Shown: positions 22,185 through 24,680 of the stretch, one piece after another
Numbering within the stretch: position 1 is the stretch's first letter
How the letters are laid out: each line of letters begins with the position of its first letter
Assembly (NCBI GenBank): GCA_043750125.1
Contig: JAYVCD010000012.1
Span: 1-24,680, forward strand
Direction of reading: 5' to 3'
From: Archangiaceae bacterium
Lineage (GTDB): Bacteria; Myxococcota; Myxococcia; Myxococcales; Myxococcaceae
Length of the DNA: 24,680 nucleotides
Translations under genes and position numbers: made by a program
The notes under the pieces: model-generated
Databases searched by the model: none
Told to the model about the DNA's origin: nothing
What the model saw: only the letters and a program-made list of their open reading frames with translations

Positions 22185-23213
22185 GTGACGGGCGCTCCTC
22201 CACGTTTCTCGGTGCCGCGCCTGATCGCCACCTGCGCCGTCAGCGCGGCGGTGCTGGCCATCGCGCTGTTGCTCGGAACGGTCTTCGGAGCCGAGCCGCT
22301 GACGCTGGCCGACGCGTTCACCGCTGACACTCCGTCCTCGGTGATCCTCTTCGCGCTGCGCATTCCGCGGGTGGTGTTGGCGGCGCTGGTCGGTGCAGCG
22401 CTGGCCGCCTCGGGCAGCACGCTGCAGGCGTTGATGCGCAACCCGCTCGCCGACCCGTTCGTGCTCGGCGTCTCGGGTGGAGCGGCGCTCGGGGCGACCA
22501 TCGCGCTCGCGCTGGGAGTCACGTCCATCGCCGCCCTTCCCGGGCTCTCGGCGGTCTCGATTCTCGCGCTCTTCGGCGCGGTGTCAGCGACGGCGCTGGT
22601 GATGGGCATCGGGCGGCTGGCGGGCCGGGGAAGCCCGCACACCACGCTGCTCGCAGGCGTCATCTTCAACGCCTTTGCCCTGGCGGCGATCATCTTCATC
22701 AAGGCGCTGGTGGCTCCGGACAAGGTGGGCGAAGTGCTGTTCTGGCTCGCGGGCACCCTGGGCTACGAGAAAGCCACCACGCTGTGGGCGACCTTCGCGG
22801 TGCAGCTGTTCGCGATCGGAACGATGGGAATCCTCGCCGGTCGGCTCAACCTGCTCAGCCTGGGGGACGAAGACGCCGCCTCATTGGGCGTGGACGTGAA
22901 CCGCACCCGGACACTGCTGCTCGGCGTGGCTTCGCTTTCCGTTTCCGCGGCGGTGGCGCTCTCGGGGTTGGTCGGCTTCGTCGGGCTGCTGGTCCCGCAC
23001 CTGGCGCGCCTGGCGCTCGGCCCCGACCAACGGCTGCTGCTGCCCGCCTCGGCGCTGCTGGGCGCGGCCTTCCTGGTGCTCGCAGATCTCGGAGCCCGGG
23101 TGCTGTTCCGGGTCTTTCACACCGAGCCCCCGGTGGGAGTCATCACCGCGCTGCTCGGAGGCCCCGCTTTCCTGTTGTTGCTGACGCGCCGGGCCCGCGC
23201 CCAGTCGACCTAG
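22185..23213 (+). CDS. FecCD/BtuC/HmuU-family iron-chelate or cobalamin ABC transporter permease
   Basis: Motifs RIPRV, RNPLADPFVLGVSGGA, LNLLSLGDEDAASLGV, GFVGLLVPH, PVGVITALLGGP, with multiple TM helices. Start estimated at GTG22185. Confidence 0.92.
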   Translation: MTGAPPRFSVPRLIATCAVSAAVLAIALLLGTVFGAEPLTLADAFTADTPSSVILFALRIPRVVLAALVGAALAASGSTLQALMRNPLADPFVLGVSGGAALGATIALALGVTSIAALPGLSAVSILALFGAVSATALVMGIGRLAGRGSPHTTLLAGVIFNAFALAAIIFIKALVAPDKVGEVLFWLAGTLGYEKATTLWATFAVQLFAIGTMGILAGRLNLLSLGDEDAASLGVDVNRTRTLLLGVASLSVSAAVALSGLVGFVGLLVPHLARLALGPDQRLLLPASALLGAAFLVLADLGARVLFRVFHTEPPVGVITALLGGPAFLLLLTRRARAQST

Positions 23214-23222
23214 TACGACAGT

Positions 23223-23522
23223 TCAGAAGTTCGTGCTCGGTCCAAGGAGCCAAGGAAAGCTCTCAGCCACCATCGGTAGCACTTCGAGCAATTGCCCCTG
23301 GAAAGGCATTCGCTCCCACCTGCCGGTGTGAGTGGCTGCGTCGACGCCCCAATTCTTCGGAGAGAGCTTGCGGACGCGCAGGTGAGGAATTCGGTTGTCA
23401 GCGGGTCCGGACTCGATCGCAATCGTGTTGCCGCGTTTGCGACACCGAAGGTGGCGACGTTCTGGTGCGGCGAGGAACTTGGTGATGGCCGAGACATCGG
23501 CGTCGGTAACGGGGATGGGCAC
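23223..23522 (-). CDS. 99-aa hypothetical accessory protein inside the IS630 element
   Basis: GTG23522 is preceded by GAGGAG overlapping the transposase TGA. Its stop lies inside the terminal inverted repeat. Sequence MPIPVTDADVSAITKFL...RKRGNTIAIESG...HTGRWERMPFQG...FPWLL. Confidence 0.75.
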   Translation of the reverse strand: MPIPVTDADVSAITKFLAAPERRHLRCRKRGNTIAIESGPADNRIPHLRVRKLSPKNWGVDAATHTGRWERMPFQGQLLEVLPMVAESFPWLLGPSTNF

Positions 23523-23533
23523 GACGGATCTCC

Positions 23534-24634
23534 TCAGGCAGCGCGCTGAGAAGAAGAGTGCTCGAAGCGACCGGTGAAGGTCCACCGAAACGGATGCGCT
23601 TCGGCGCGGTTCCAGTGCGAGATGAAGCCGAGAACGGCTTCTCTGAGCGGTGGGACTCCGTCAAAGGACCCGTGCCGAATCACGCGGCGCTGGAGAATTG
23701 AGAACCAGATTTCCACTTGGTTCACCCACGAAGCGTGCAGCGGCGTGTAGGCGAAATGGAAACGTCCATTGTGGCGCAGGTTGAAGGCAGTCCACCGTTG
23801 CGCTTTGCCTTCGAGATGGATGTTGAGGTTGTCCCAGACCACGTAGACCTGCCGACCTGGGTGGTGCTTGGCGACCTCGTCGAGGAACGAGACGAGTGCT
23901 TCACCGGTGCGACGTTTCACAACCCGACCGAGTACTTCTCCGGTCTGAACGTTGAACGACGCCAGCAGACAGCAGGTCCCGTGGCGCTTGTACTCAAACT
24001 CGCGCCTGATGCTTGCGTCCGGTTGGCGCTGCGTCGGGTGTTTGCGCCCGAGCGCCTGCATCGGCTTCTCATCAATGCAGACCACGACGCTGCCCGGCGG
24101 CGGCTTCAGGTACAGCCCGCAGACTTGCGCGACCTTTTCGCGGAACAGCGGGTCGGGGCTGTGCAGCCATTGGCGCACGCGGTGCGGCCTGAGTCCCTCA
24201 GCGCTCAGCACCCGCTGCACGGTGCTGCGACTGATTCGCTTTCCGCTCTGACGATGCAGCGTGTCCGCGAGGCACTGCTGCGTCCACACCGTGGTGAAGG
24301 CCAACTTCGGTGGGCGTTCGCAGGCCAACTTCACCAACTCGCACTTCGTTGCCAGGGAAATGACCGCAGGCCGGCCCGGTCGATCCGCATCGCGGAGGCT
24401 TTCGATACACGGAGAAACAAGCCACCTCGCCTTCCACTTCTTGACCCAACGAGGGCACGCCCCAAGGCCCCGAGCCACCTCGACGATGGATTTACCCTTT
24501 CGGATCGCCAACAGGGCACGCGCTCGCTGAACGATCGCGTGTGACGACCTCGTGCTTCGCGACAAGCGCCGAATCTCCAATCGCTCACCACGAGTCATCG
24601 GAAGTAACGAGGTCACGGCGCTCTCAACCGTCAA
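23534..24634 (-). CDS. IS630-family transposase (HTH + DDE)
   Basis: N-terminal HTH with RPGRP, then catalytic CIDEKP, VWDNLNIH and WVNQVEIWFS. No frameshift. Start is TTG24634 or ATG24598. Confidence 0.95.
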   Translation of the reverse strand: MTVESAVTSLLPMTRGERLEIRRLSRSTRSSHAIVQRARALLAIRKGKSIVEVARGLGACPRWVKKWKARWLVSPCIESLRDADRPGRPAVISLATKCELVKLACERPPKLAFTTVWTQQCLADTLHRQSGKRISRSTVQRVLSAEGLRPHRVRQWLHSPDPLFREKVAQVCGLYLKPPPGSVVVCIDEKPMQALGRKHPTQRQPDASIRREFEYKRHGTCCLLASFNVQTGEVLGRVVKRRTGEALVSFLDEVAKHHPGRQVYVVWDNLNIHLEGKAQRWTAFNLRHNGRFHFAYTPLHASWVNQVEIWFSILQRRVIRHGSFDGVPPLREAVLGFISHWNRAEAHPFRWTFTGRFEHSSSQRAA

Positions 24635-24680
24635 CCACGGCCCGCATTCCCGGGCACGAACTTCTGATCTGTCGTACTAG

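Larger units (their letters stand above)
23213..24677 (-). mobile_element. IS630-family insertion sequence, ~1465 bp, 28-bp terminal inverted repeats, TA target duplication
   Basis: 23213-23240 GTACGACAGTTCAGAAGTTCGTGCTCGG versus the reverse complement of 24650-24677 GTACGACAGATCAGAAGTTCGTGCCCGG (26/28 match). Flanked by TA at 23211-23212 and 24678-24679. Confidence 0.93.

Noticed and set aside
23717-24544. 275-aa + ORF within the IS
   Set aside because: Antisense shadow of the transposase.

Overview
High-GC window that looks myxobacterial, judging by MYXO-CTERM sorting signals and an AgmK/GltI-like giant TPR protein. In order it holds: a ~4000-aa TPR protein (minus strand); a divergent ~2140-aa secreted protein that appears to be two surface proteins fused in one ORF (metzincin protease/PKD/Ig part with an internal MYXO-CTERM, then lipobox, CAP-like and Cys-rich part with a terminal MYXO-CTERM); thpR; a DUF2007/Zn-finger membrane protein; a small Cys-rich ORF; a probable UGA-recoded (UxxC) AhpC/TSA-like selenoprotein with a candidate SECIS; a LysM-M15 peptidase; a FecCD/BtuC-type ABC permease; and a complete IS630 element, carrying a second small gene, inserted in the permease stop codon. 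A 27-nt REP-like repeat (TCCCTCGACTGCTCTCGGGATGARCGG) occurs at three loci. It has a 23-bp tandem period between genes and a 24-bp in-frame period inside both giant genes, and one copy lies exactly at the apparent fusion junction. All family assignments come from motifs read by eye; no database searches were run.
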